Source: Trichodelitschia bisporula (Eukaryota). From it: 64,000 bases of DNA. A program made the position numbers and the translations under genes. Shown here in pieces: positions 11,325 to 23,734 of the stretch. The notes beneath the pieces are model-generated. The model was not told the origin of the DNA and searched no databases. It saw only the letters and a list, made by a program, of their open reading frames with translations. The stretch's first letter is position 1. Each line of letters opens with the position of its first letter. The stretch is taken from positions 186,001-250,000 of the forward strand of contig ML996703.1 of NCBI GenBank assembly GCA_010356995.1, written 5' to 3'.

Positions 11325-12512
11325 ATGAGTTCCATTCCGGCAAAAAGTGCTTTCGACACTGGCCCCAGGCCCACTAGCATCGCGGTGAAGGTGCGTGAAC
11401 GCCAATCCTTCAAGCCCAGTCCCGCAGACTAACCACCGTCACAGTTTTCGGGAGCCTGCCCTTTCTCCGCAGACCTTGACGTGAAGCTCCAGGCCGCGTT
11501 CGAGGGCCATGGAAGCCCGCCGACAAGCGCGCAACCATCCGCAAGCACCATCTCGCAAGATGGACAGCAGGCGCCGACGGCACACGCGCTCCCGCAGCAC
11601 GTCCTCGACACGCTCCCTGTCTTCCGGCACGACAGCGACCCCGCTCACACGGTCGTCTTCATCGAGAGCGACCTGAAGGGGTACTTGCAAGTCGATCTGG
11701 ACGTGTCGCGGCTGAACAAGATCCACAGCTCGCTCTGGATGTGCGGTCGACCGCTGAACGCGCGCGGCCTGCACCGGCAGGAGATGATGGGGCGCACCGT
11801 TCTACGGACGGAGCAGGCCGATCTACATCTGTTGTACGGCGACGCGCTGTTCCTGAAGCCGCTGCCCACATATCTGCTCTCGAAGGCTGCGTGGGACACG
11901 TACCTCAACGACGACGAGCACCTCCACAAAGATGCATGCGGGTTCTTGCTTTCGTACACTTGGCTGGTGCGCTCGCCGTTGGATTTTGCGCGCGCCGAGA
12001 AACTGCACCTCCTCCCCCATGGACTAACGTGGTTGCTTTGGAAGCGACTTGTCTGGGAGTTCCTAAACAGCATTGATCCCAACTCGCTGCACCAGGTCAA
12101 CAAGCGGTACCACTTTGGCGAGCTGCGGCTGGGACGCATCAACACCATCTACCGCGTCAACCCGCGCTTCGTCTTCCAGTACTTTGTGCGCGGCTATCTC
12201 TACGGGTACAACCGGTATGCAGTCTTCTTCCAACGCAACGTAGGATGGGTGCTCGTCGTGTTTGTGTGGTTCTCCTTGATCCTGTCAGCCATGCAGGTGG
12301 GCGTTGCCGTCGATCCGCTGCAGGAGAGTGTGTCGTTTAAAAAGGCTAGCTACGGCTTTGTGGTCTTTTCCATCGTTTCAGTAGCGGCATTGCTGGTGTT
12401 TGTGGGAGTTGTATTTGCAACCATTTTCCTCTTTAACATGGTGGCTGCTGTCTCTCATTCGAGGTCGGAGGAACTGCGGAGGGCCAAGTTGGCGGAGGCA
12501 AAGAGCGAGTAG
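11325..12512 (+). CDS. DUF6601-family membrane protein (two C-terminal TM helices)
   Basis: Exon 11325-11390, intron 11391-11444, in frame with the long ORF. Motifs LDVSRLNKIHSSLWMCGRP, LHRQ..MGR, EQADLHLL, LFLKPLPTYLL, VNKRYHFGELRLGRIN, LILSAMQVG. Confidence 0.8.
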
Positions 12513-12564
12513 AACTAAATGGCACGCATGGGACGGTGTTTTTGAATAGGCACAACAGTCATCA

Positions 12565-15500
12565 TTACGGCGGGCGAGGGATATCATGATCTCGCATTGG
12601 CAATATCCTCACCATTCCGCTTCCCATCTTGATCTTCCAGGCCCGGACTACATCTTCAGCCCAGTCGTCGAGCAGAACTTTCCGTCCGGCACTTCCCTCG
12701 TCCAAAAATGTCATCACCGCTGAACCCTGCTTCCACCTCCAGAACGCGCCGGCAACGATCCGGACCCGGCTGGCAACGCTCCCGACAGTGGCGGCATCGC
12801 TCGCGGCATCGCTCGCGGCATCTGCCTCATCCAAAGATGTCTTCTCCGCCGGCTCCTCGGGGATGAGAGTCTGACAACCCTCTTTGTACAGCCAGTTCTT
12901 GCGCGGAGTACGCAAGAAATCGTGCTTGGAATTGCAGACGTGAACCGCCAGAGTGCTGTCGCCCGAGTTGCGGAACTTTTGGTAACAAGGCTCGCAGAAG
13001 ATGACATCTTCGCAGCTCATACAGTGGTATGCCACGTCATGTTTAGAGTGAAAATGCGTCATTCCAAAATTGGAACCCAGACTGTTCGCACAGGAGGTAT
13101 TGACGCAATCCCGTTGCCATGACCGGGTGAACCGGCTCAACGAAAGAGCGATCTCAGCTTCCGGGATATTGCCAGTCAGAAACAACACCACCGCCATATG
13201 CCGGTACCTTGTGCATCTGCTGCCAGTTAGACATATGGATTCTCGGTCCCAGCTCATAGCCTTATATAATCTGGCATGTGCCTGGGTCTGGCGGCCGCAG
13301 CGTATGTAGATGCGAGCGACGAGTATGTCGATAGTCGATTCGCTTTTCTTATGGTGGCTCATGTCGGCCCCGGCTGAACGCAGCCCCAGGCGGAGATGCT
13401 TGAACACTTCCAATAACTCTTCAGCCAACGTGCCACCAGCCAGCAGAGCCACTTCGTGCAAGTGCACGACAAAAAGCGGGAATGACTCCATCAAGAACGA
13501 CATCATTTGGGAATACGAGTACTTGTCGTCTTCATTCCTGGTGCGCTCGCATGACCGTAACAGCTTGGGAATGGAAAAGATACTCTTTTGCCATAATTTG
13601 ACGGCCGTCTCCTTCTCGTTCTGGAAACATCGGTAAAGAAGTGCCAGATGGCAGCGCAGCAGGGCCGTAGACATCACAAAAGCATCCCGGGAAGAGGAGT
13701 ACCAGGGATCCTCATCCATTATCTTGGAGTACCAAGGGGGCTCATCCGTTTTTTGGTCAGGACGCTGTATTCCGTCCAAGATTTGCTGATCTTATGTTCG
13801 AATATCTCGATCAGTTTTGGCATTTCGCCAGTCCTATGCGCAGCATAACCCAGGGCATTCGTTTCATCAAGGCCTTCGGCACCACATATCAAGTGGCAGA
13901 GCTTCAAACGGATCCAGTCTCCGGCTGCGTCAACACCACAAGTCTTCAACAGCTCCATGACACCCATATAATCACACAGTAGATCCGCTATCGAGTATAC
14001 GGTGCTGCTGTTGGCTTTGTCCAAGCTCAGAGACGCGTGGAAAGCTCCCGTAGCCCCTCTGGTGTCCCCTTGACACCATCGAATCTTTCCGAGTGCGTTA
14101 TAGAGTGCGGGACTGGGTTGGTCTTGTGCAATATAAACAATACTTGGCTCCGCGGAATAAATACAGCTGAAATCGAGGTGGTGTTGGAGAAGTATGTCCT
14201 TCAGGAACTCCTCTTGGCCTGTGGCTGTTGCAAGTTTTTTGGCTTTCTTATATTCCTCTCCCGCCAGATGCGCGAAGAGAATATCTCGCGTTATGGAGCG
14301 AGCAACGTTGCAATGCCTCTTGATCGTCATTTCTGGAGCCACAAGATTGGCTAAGAAGGTGTATGGATTGCTCTGCGCACCTTCCGGATATCGCATAGAC
14401 CCGTACCACTGCGGCATGTGCTGGCTCATATCACGGGGAAAGGGAATGAGATCCGTCTGCCATCGTCAGTGATTGCCAGGCCGCTTGATCTCTTAAATCT
14501 CATAGAGACACGCAAAACCATGCTATCCTGAATCTCTCGTCCTCGTTCCCTTCGTAATCAAGCCACTCTGTGATGCAGACCATCGAAACAGATACAAGAA
14601 GCATCGCGGGGTGCTCAACTATTTTATGAGCCCACTCAAGAATGTCCGGTGCCAGTGTGCGAGGCCGCAGCTCGACAGCGCGCTTGAGCCATTTCAGCAC
14701 GGTCGCGCGAGTGGGATGCATCAAAACAATGCTGAAGCCAAAGAAAAGGTGTTCGGATGAAAATGAGGAGGCATAGATTGTTTTGGGGTACCAAATTTTC
14801 TTTATAGTCAGCTCAGATCTGAACATTTCGGCAAGAGACTCGACTACCAGAGCCGTGCTCTCAGCCGAGACAGTTTTTTCGTCCAAGTCAGACAGCCATG
14901 TCAGGAAGTTGCTGAGGGTCCACTCCCACAGCGAACGGGGCGGATCGCTTACTTGATACATTATCCTCCGCATGTGAAGTACACGGTACATTGGGAAATC
15001 ACAAGCGCTGATGACCAGGCTGCTTTTCGTGCTTGAGTTGCGGAGATAGTCGCCGAGTGAAGCATGGCGCAAATAGACATATGTACTATTGAGCCGCATC
15101 TCTTCGTCCTTATCGGCTGCTTCATTGTCGCTCTCAGACTCCGAATCCAGTCCGTCCAGTTCATCTTTAGAGGCATGTGCGTCCTCTAAAGAGCTGCGTG
15201 GTACATTGCCATCCACCCTGAATTCGTCCTCACCGACTGCTTCATTGTCGGTCTCAGACTCGGAATCCAGTTCGTCGAGGAAAGCGGAGTCCTCAGCAAC
15301 AAAAAGGGAGGAGCATGTCCTGGCAATTATGGTCTCAGCATCGAACAGCTCGTCTTTGGTTGCACATCGAATAATGTCATTGAGTAAAAGCGAGAACGAC
15401 CCATTAGAGTGCACCACGAAGGAAAACAGCTCCCGTGGCTGTGCCGCTACCTTGCTGCTGGCCTGATCCTCAATGCGGCTAAAAATTCTGTCGTACGGCG

Positions 15501-17345
15501 CCGTGAGGTCTGAGGGCGTGCTTTCCAGCATCTTCAGAAGTCTCTTCGGCTGCTTGATGTCTCCGGCTTCCCGGTACATGAGATCCACCCACAGGAACAT
15601 GCCGTCGGCCTTGTGACGTAAAAGGCTCGTGACTTGTTGACGGAACTTCCTGGATTTGCTGATTTTGATGTACATGTCGTACTTGTCATCGATGAAGCGC
15701 ACGATGTCGGCAAAGTTTGATTCACTCGACACTCCGATGGTACTGAGAGACACTTCGCCGATCTTCTGGACAAAATGTATCATTTCCGGACGCCCAGCAA
15801 AGAGAACCTTAACCCTCACTCCGTCTCGTAGACTGTCCCGAAGTAGGTCGAGAAATCGTCTGGTGTCTTCATGGACCGCTTCGTCGATGCCGTCGAAAAC
15901 GAGTGTGAGGTTGCAAGGTGAGCTCGGCCCGAATGCAGAGACGATATAATCATTCCATACGCTGCTTATTGTCGCCATGCTATGGGTTGGTGACTTGCTG
16001 CACGTTTGAGTGGCAAGCACACGAAAGCGCTCATTGCGGTCCGCAATCTGATAGACCATGGTACAAAGTGCGCTGAGTACTGACTGCATTCTAGGGTCGT
16101 TGTCGTGGAAGTAGTAGTATCCAACCGCATCTCGGCCGGACTGCTGATCCGCTTTCTCAAGCAGGCGTTCGATTGCTTTGGTAGACAACAAGGACTTTCC
16201 GCACCCGGGGCCTCCTGATAGCAATAGCACAGGCTTGGAGACACGCTCCCACTCAGGAAAGGCTGGCTCCTCAAAGGTCCAGGTCGCTGTTCCACGCAGA
16301 AGCTTCCGTCTCACTTCCTCATAGTCCGTGACAGACTGGGAATTCATATGTCTGTGAATAGTCGGCAAGTCCCCGGGTCTTGGTGGGGTTGTTATCGCTG
16401 TAAGATCAGCATAGAACTTTGCGTTTTGGGGGGGGGGCGTACCGGTATGAATTTCTTGAACCTTATCGGCAACGTTGACAACAACGTGTTTAACGAAATT
16501 GACCGCATCCAGGGCGTCTTTGGCACACACAAATGCGTGCTTCTAAACCAGCCGGTCCTCCTGAGAAAGCGCCAACTGCAGATGCTTGTAGGCGGCGGTG
16601 AGCTCCTTGTTTTCGCCGGCAATGTTCCTGGCAAACCCGCCTACACTATCAGCATTGCTTATTGATGAGAGCAACTTACCAATTCTCCCACGCTTCATCG
16701 CCTTCATGGACAGTCCGATGATTGTTATAATTGTCGTGAAAATGTCCGTGATACACCGCCGAATTTCTGGAGTATGGGGGATATGGCCCTTCAAGACGTT
16801 GAGACCACCGAGGAAAGCATTCAGCTCATCGAAAATGACCAGAAGCTTGTCGTAGTCGGCCGACACATTATTTGCAGCCTTTGGGGTCAGTCGACAGTCG
16901 GTGATACGCAAGAATACTTACATCGACCAAAAGCGTTATCGCCGTGAAGACTGCAGAACTTGCCGGGAAGACCTGGATTCATCAGTATTCTTGCCAGCCC
17001 TGAGCGGTTGTCCTACATTTCGAAGCACCCGACGCAATCTTTGCTAGAATCTTCAAGGGGATCTAGGAAGTTCTTGAGCACTGAGCGGAACTTGGTAATT
17101 CTTTCACCGTCGTGGCGCCACTTTTTGAACTTGCTCTCATTCTCCACCGTCTCCTTCAAGACGTCGTCCGCGGTGCTGAACCGGCGGAGGGATTCGTCGA
17201 AGAGGCCCACGCCTGTTGCATCGCGGAAATTCTTGACAGCGTCCCACGGACCTGCAATGCCGTCCCGATCAGACACCGCAGTGTCCTCATCAGTCATCGC
17301 AATGTTGTCCCGGTCAGTCATCGCAATATCGTTCGAATCAGTCAT
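12565..17345 (-). pseudogene. Disrupted fungal NLR-like STAND gene: Goodbye-like N-terminal helical domain, NACHT, TPR-like helical region, C-terminal ZZ-like Cys/His finger
   Basis: Walker A LLSGGPGCGKS, Walker B LVFDGIDE, ADGMFLWVDL, LRHASLGDYL. N-terminal VFPASSAVFTAITLLVDAANNVSADYDKL..FDEL. C-terminal YHCMSCEDVIFCEPCY...CNSKHDF. In-frame TAG at 16545-16543; frameshifts near 17060/17020, about 14440 and about 13760. Confidence 0.8.
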
Positions 17346-17763
17346 CCTGTCTCGCTCGCGATTTGGTGTTGTTCGAGTATGAAATGGTGGAGTTCTTCCT
17401 TTCTCTCAGCGGCGGGGCATATACCCAGTCCTTGTTGAGCCGCAGGTTGGCTGTGCAAAGGCAATGCAGCGACTGAGAGATGGACACAGATTGGCAGCAG
17501 CAGTATACAGGTAGGGCTGGGGGTCGGGCTGTGTGCATGATAATGGCTATGTGTATGATTGCAGCTGTGAGTCCCGGAAGGAGATCATGCTCCCAGCACA
17601 GCCTTGTGGTAATGGCAGCATATCTACGGAGTATATGGCCGCTTTACAACATACGGATGTACAGGTCAAAGAGTGGGGAGGTACGCAATCATATCTTGAC
17701 GGAGGCTGGTGGTGGAAAGCGAGGGCAGGGTTTGGTCCGGGTGGCGGTAGTACTTGACGGCCA

Positions 17764-17824
17764 TGAGTGGTGACTTTGAGTGGTGACTTTGAGTGGTGAC
17801 TTTGAGTGGTGACTTTGAGTGGTG
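17764..17824. repeat. 13-bp tandem repeat (TGAGTGGTGACTT), about 4.7 copies
   Basis: Four perfect units plus a partial one, about 420 bp upstream of the NLR-like gene. Confidence 0.95.
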
Positions 17825-19189
17825 CCTATGAACGATGACTACGAGTGATGCCTATTCAGCGGAAATAGGCTTGATACGTGCAACAGCCTACTGTGTAAAG
17901 TGAAGATTGAGAAAGACGAGGAAGGGAAGAGAGGATCAAAGGAGGATGCCGTGACCGCCAAAACCAGGCAAAGAGGGGCCAAGGGGTCACAGCTTCTCTC
18001 TCTGATAGTCTCTGCTCTTGTCCAGCCAGACCTTCGAATGGGAGCGGCAACAAGTTTTTCGGAAGGCGGCAACGAATTTTTCGGGGGACCCTTCGGCATA
18101 TCAGGAAGCGGGCTTAGTCAGCCACGTACGTTCTATAACTACTTTCTCGACCGCCATGCCCAGCTTTCGAGACAGCAACATCTCGGAGCAACTCTCTTCA
18201 TGGCCCTTAGAAGCCATTCACTTTGAATGTGCATGGGAAATCAACAAAAGATATACAAAGTCATGATAGTATTCGTACATGGAGTACCCTGCTCTGCTTG
18301 GCGCATTTCAGCTGAGCCCTTGTCGATGGAACAGTCGACGCCATTTCTCGGCCTTCTCGTCATGCCAATAAGCGCGCTGAGCCTCGAGCCATCTTTCATG
18401 GCGACGTCACGGATGTGTAGTCTCTGGAGTCTGCCGCCCACGCGAAAGGTTGATGAGAGTGGCAAGTTTCCTATGCCTTGATCGCAAGCGTCGTCAGTAG
18501 AACGGAGAGCGTGGTCACCCAACTCTGAACAGTATGGCACAGGTGATGAATCTGAACGGAGGCAACCGCCCCAACGACTACATACCGCCTACTGGTGTAG
18601 TGGATGTGGGGGTGTGCAAGCTCCAATCATCGGTTATACGTCCACTACTGGGAAATGTAAGGCGCAACGACCCCCATTCGAGCTGATATTGACGGAGCAG
18701 GGGAGCCGGTGTCCTGCTTCACGAACAGCGCCCTTAGCATTACGAACACATACAGGACATTCTCAAGCTCTCTCGCGGGCTGTTGCTTGTATGGTCTCAC
18801 GAGCTGTGCAACTCCCGCCGTCTGCATGGGATCTCAAATATTGTTCCTTGATGGTATCTCATATGCGACGGTGACTTGGTAGTTTTGCCTACGGATGGTA
18901 CTTATAGGACTTTGCAAGCTGATGTCCCGCAGCTCATATCCCTCGGTATGTCACACTGTGGTGGTCCATTCTGACCTTGACGACCTATCTCCGCGTCTGA
19001 TATATGCATGCCTCACTGAGAACAAGGCGGCCTTCCGAAAGTTTCCCGACATCACGAACGGTGAGTGTTAGTCTGCTGTCGTTGTTGACAGGTTCACAGG
19101 CTCATTTATCGACTTGAAAAGGACGTCCAGCATTCCACGAAGTCCCTCGCATAGGATCTACCTCGCAAAAGTAAGCGACTGACGTCTTG

Positions 19190-19634
19190 CAGCTGCTGCC
19201 ACGAGTAGCAATACACCAAATATCACCAGCACGAGTCCGCTATCGCCTCCGCCATCACCAGTTCCCCTACTACATCACTCCCGCGCATGAATCGCCGCGG
19301 CGGTAGTCGTCCACATTGCATTAATTGCCCTTGTCGTCATTATGATCTGGCGCATTCGCGTCCGTAGGCGGCGCCAAAATGCTCTGCCGCCTGCGGCTCC
19401 TCCAGACGCAAGCTTGTAAGGCCAGGGTGCAACGGCTGAATGGCAAAAGCCAGAACTTCCGGTCTCCGAACCTGTTCCATCGGTGGCGACGTCTCCAAGC
19501 CCCGGCGCTCCCTCCTCGTCACGTCCACCCAGCTCCTTGATGGGTACACCGCAGGTGAAACGAAAGCCGGTTGCGAGCTTGATGAACGGCCCGGCCGAGC
19601 TTCATGCCAATAACTGCGTTGAACTTGGTGGATG
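19190..19634 (+). pseudogene. Remnant 3' part of a single-pass membrane protein gene (S/T/P linker, TM helix, basic stop-transfer, ELxx tail)
   Basis: Reads A*IAAAVVVHIALIALVVIMIWRIRVRRRRQNALPPAAPPDASL*, then ELDERP..ELHANNCVELGG* in shifted frames. In-frame TGA just before the TM segment. Confidence 0.45.
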
Positions 19635-20241
19635 AATGGCTGGTTCCGGTATCGGCAGTGACGTTATCCGCGAATTTGGACATCTTGCTAGGAACTTTGG
19701 GTGGGTTGCTGTATTTGGGATCACCTCCAGTTTGATATCTCTGTGTTTAGTCACTTCATGGTTCATTTTCCCCTTTACCATCAGCTAATGCAGAACTTCG
19801 TCACTGTTCTGCTCGGCATGTCGCTGTAAGGCTGTAATCAACGCTAGAACTAGCGCGGCCCGGTCCTCTTTAGGGGGCCAAGAGGGCCTGAACCCCAGAT
19901 TCCGGCGCCCTGCAGGTCCCGACTCCAAACGGCAAACACGAGCCAATGCGATCCTGCATCCAGGCAGCCGTCCAAAGCAAAAGCTAAATGATCAGTTCCC
20001 ATGAAAAAGCAGTTGAATATGGTCAGATTCTGTCCTTTGACATGATGTCCACTTTTTGCGCCACAAGTTTTGATTGGTTTGTCAGTTATCTCTTGTCCGC
20101 TAGCGGGCAGATTAATCGCCCGCAGCCGCGCAGTATGCAGCAGCGGTGGTGTACTTGGCTGCCTATATCAACAGGATTTCCGGCTTGACCACAAACATTA
20201 CGGATGTACTTTCTCCTTCTCACTAAATAACCACTATCACA

Positions 20242-21224
20242 ATGGTAACCTTCAGCTTCAACCCCGAGACGGACATTCCCGACCTCTCAGGCAAAGTGAT
20301 CGTCATCACCGGTGGTACGATAACCCCCAAACCGCCCCTTCTACAAAAGCTAATTCTCCAGCCACCTCGGGTATCGGCCGCGTAGCCGCCCGCGCCTTCG
20401 CAAAGCACAACCCAGCCTTCATCTGGCTCAGCGGCCGCAGTGCCTCGCGAGCTGACGCCGTAATCGCCGAGCTCAACGCCATATCTCCGACCACGCGCAC
20501 CGCCTTCCTCCCCTGCGATCTCAGCTCCCTCTCCTCCGTCGCCGCTGCCGCAGACACCGTGCTCGCCGGTCCAGCAAACTCAACCCCGCGCCTCGATATC
20601 CTCATGTGCAACGCCGGCGTCGCCACTCTGCCAACCGGGCTGTCGGCGGACGGGTACGAGGTCCAGTTCGCGACGAACCACCTGGGGCATGCGCTGCTTA
20701 TCCGAAAACTGCTGCCGCTGGTGGAGAAGGCGCCGGACCCGCGCGTTGTGGTGCTCACGTCGCTGGCTTTCAATATGGCGGGTGGGATCCCGTTTGACAA
20801 GTTGCGTACAACGCAGAGTATGATGTTTGGGAAGTGGAGGCGCTATGGGCAGAGTAAGCTGGCGAATCTGCTGTACTCGCGCGAACTTGCGAAGAGATAC
20901 CCTAACGTTACTGTTGTGTGCGTTCATCCTGGGGTCGTTATGACGGAGATGGTGGCAACCATGTCGTGGATCAATTGGGCGATCGTGCAGGTGACTACCT
21001 TCTGGTACCAGTTGACGCTGGAGCAGGGCGCGTATAATCAGCTGTGGGCGTCGGTGGTGCCGAAGGACCAGGTCACTAGCGGCGCGTTTTATGAGCCTGT
21101 CGGCAAGTCATCTACGCCGCAGACTGCGACGGCGAAGCATGACGGGCTTGCGCTAAAGCTTTGGGAGTGGACGGAGAAGGAGTTGGAGAAGTATCTCGCC
21201 GGTGGTGCCGATACCCGTTTGTAG
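20242..21224 (+). CDS. Short-chain dehydrogenase/reductase (retinol dehydrogenase/WWOX-like)
   Basis: Intron 20315-20361 yields VIVITGATSGIG. Also LDILMCNAG, QFATNHLGH, YGQSKLAN, VHPGVV. Confidence 0.92.
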
Positions 21225-21394
21225 CTTGAAATTGTATACTCGGTACCCTGGTTGACAGTCCGATGATAAGTGTACACCGCACGCAACTTGAGTTGAAGTC
21301 CCTAGAGAATACAGTGGTCGTATCGTAGGCCAACCCGAATAGGAGCCGATCCTTACTCTTCCACTCATGCAGTCAGCACCCTAATCCACAGGCT

Positions 21395-22207
21395 CTACTT
21401 CTCAAACCCTATTTCCACCTTTCTCCCTCCACCGAGATCAACGATCTCAACCCTCTCCCACCCTTCCTCCCCAACCCGAATCGTAACTCCTGCAAACGCC
21501 AGCGCTCCCTTCCCCAAGCCCTCCAGAAGTATCTCTTCGCCTTTCCCCACCTCACTCAACACCACCACCACCTCTCCACCCCCAACTTCCGCAACCCCAA
21601 ACCTCCACCCCCCATCAACCTTCACACCCTCCCCAAAAATTGCCTCATACACCCCCCTCAGCCCCTCCACATCCCCTCCCCGCCCCACAACCCTAACCTC
21701 CTTAACCCCCATCGCCCCAGACGCATGCACCGCCTTCCTAACCCCCGGCACCCGAACCTCCCTCGGCGTAACATCATGACACCAGAACGGCACCGCGCCG
21801 CGCGCCGCCCCCGTCGGGAACGTAACCTCCCACCTGACGCCAACGCCATCAGGCCGAGTCCGGCCACCCGCCACCGGCGGCGCGTACCCAACCCCAGCGT
21901 CAAGCCCGGCCAGCCGCTCCCGCACGTGCTGCACATCAGCAGATCCGCCCGGGGAAGTAAGCGCCCAGTCGATCCACCCGGACCGTTTGTCGGCCCACCA
22001 GTGCGGGGAGCGGGGGGGCGGAGCCTCCGGCACGAAGGCGATGAGCTCGATGTAGGTGCCTGAGGGGAGGATGATGAGTTTGTTTTCGGTGAGGCCGTCG
22101 ACGTGGGTTCCGCCGGGGGTGATGGTGAAGGGGTATGTTAGGGAGGGGGGGAGGGAGGTGAGGAGGGCGTGGGGGACGAGGAAAATTAGGTGGTCTAGTT
22201 GTGGCAT
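21395..22207 (-). CDS. Glyoxalase-like (VOC superfamily, Glyoxalase_3-type) protein
   Basis: MPQLDHLIFLVP, PGGTHVDGLTENKLIILPSGTYIELIAF, GWIDWAL, GGRTRPDG, VPFWCHDVTPREVRVP. Confidence 0.88.
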   Translation of the reverse strand: MPQLDHLIFLVPHALLTSLPPSLTYPFTITPGGTHVDGLTENKLIILPSGTYIELIAFVPEAPPPRSPHWWADKRSGWIDWALTSPGGSADVQHVRERLAGLDAGVGYAPPVAGGRTRPDGVGVRWEVTFPTGAARGAVPFWCHDVTPREVRVPGVRKAVHASGAMGVKEVRVVGRGGDVEGLRGVYEAIFGEGVKVDGGWRFGVAEVGGGEVVVVLSEVGKGEEILLEGLGKGALAFAGVTIRVGEEGWERVEIVDLGGGRKVEIGFEK

Positions 22208-23136
22208 TTTGGGAGTTGGGTTGGTGTTGGAAAGGGTGTCTGCGGCCTTATGTAGCAAGCGGGAGTCGGCTTGATTCGTGATCCGCGCTGACTCCCTCTG
22301 CATGATGCCCTGGATCCCTGCTGGCATGGGCTGGTGTGGGGAAGCCGATGTCGGGCTTGGTATGATGCGTGCGGAGCAGATTTACGTCGATTGTTGCTCT
22401 CGTTGACCATCATACGACGATAGTATTGTTTTACGAGCGCTCTTTTGCCTATGTTTGTGAGTTTCTGCAGCTCCGAAACCCATGGTTGTGGTGAATGTAA
22501 GAGGATAAAGTTGCGGAATCAATCAATTTGCTTAACCCGATGCCTGGTGCAACTGTTACAGCCTTGTCCCGTGTCGAGGACTTACGGAGGCCGGATAATG
22601 CTGGCAGCGGAGTCGGGATGTCAAACCTGCAATGACCAGAATTTGCGCTACATATTTTGGGGATGCATGTCGGGATGAAAGCAGAGGAAGGGCAGACATC
22701 ATTGAGCGAGGACTTTCACTCGACGTTGAGGCAAGGCTACGAGTAAAACTAATCCTCAAATGGGATTGGTCAATGGCCGTCAGGGGGCCACGCAGAAGAG
22801 GTTGCGTCCGCCTTGCCCTAATGATTTTGCGGACAGGGGCCACCACGACCTTTTCGCATGGCCCTCCGGTGGGTTCCTCTTCAAGACTTCAAAATAAACT
22901 CCAGGTCCAAGGAGCAGACGGTCGCTAGTGGATTATATTGCACGTGCCAGCAATGCGCCACCTTGTCACGGAAGGTGCGGTTGCACCTGCCGCTTCTACT
23001 GGCAACATCTGCGCATATTGATATAGAACCAGAGCCGGCGGTCTATACTCGACAAACAATCCAACAAATCTTTCATTCATTCTTCCCCCCCAACCACCAC
23101 GCCCATTGTCAGAAAATCATATCTCGAACCACAATC

Positions 23137-23734
23137 ATGCCAAAGCGCTCCCACTCAGTAGCGCTGGGTGAGAACGAGAAGCCTTATTCTATCTTCGAGA
23201 AGGCGTCCGACGAGGTCGAGCCTGAGGTCGAGCCAGCCCACAAGAAGCTGAAGAAAGTCGTCGCGTCCCCGGTAGCAGGTAAGAAGGCGAATGCTTCTGT
23301 CGTTATTCTCGATTTTAATATATGCGGCAGGTGAATTTCTCTCTCCAGCTGCTACAATCCTCAGGGCGCTGGAAGATCTCGTCGACGTCAAAGAGGAACT
23401 TGTCTCCGGATCTGCCACTTACGAAGCCGCGGCTGGTGCAGTGATTTGGGCGGCGCCTCATCAAAAGGATGACCACTTCGCGCACCTCGTGCAGTGGCTG
23501 CTCAACATGCAGGAAGCCAAGCAGCTTAAGCTGATCTCGATCAAGGGACGTGACGTCTACACCGAAATCCACTTGACTTTCGGCAAGAAACTTGCCGGCA
23601 AGATCATTGAAAAGCCGATCGACGGGATAGTTGCTAGTTGGCCAGATCAGACTACCGCCAGTTTGCTTCCTGGGACCGTGGGCGAGGCTGTCATGGCATC
23701 AGTTGAGACCGAGAATGAGGGTCATGATGTCTAG
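23137..23734 (+). CDS. Orphan protein, paralog 1 of a local tandem family
   Basis: Exon 23137-23278, phase-1 intron 23279-23330, exon to TAG at 23734. Lys-rich exon 1 (PAHKKLKK); exon-2 domain is distantly similar to paralogs 2 and 3. Confidence 0.6.

Noticed and set aside
20242..22207. SDR plus glyoxalase-like genes as a secondary-metabolite cluster
   Set aside because: No PKS, NRPS, terpene synthase, transporter or Zn2Cys6 regulator in the window.
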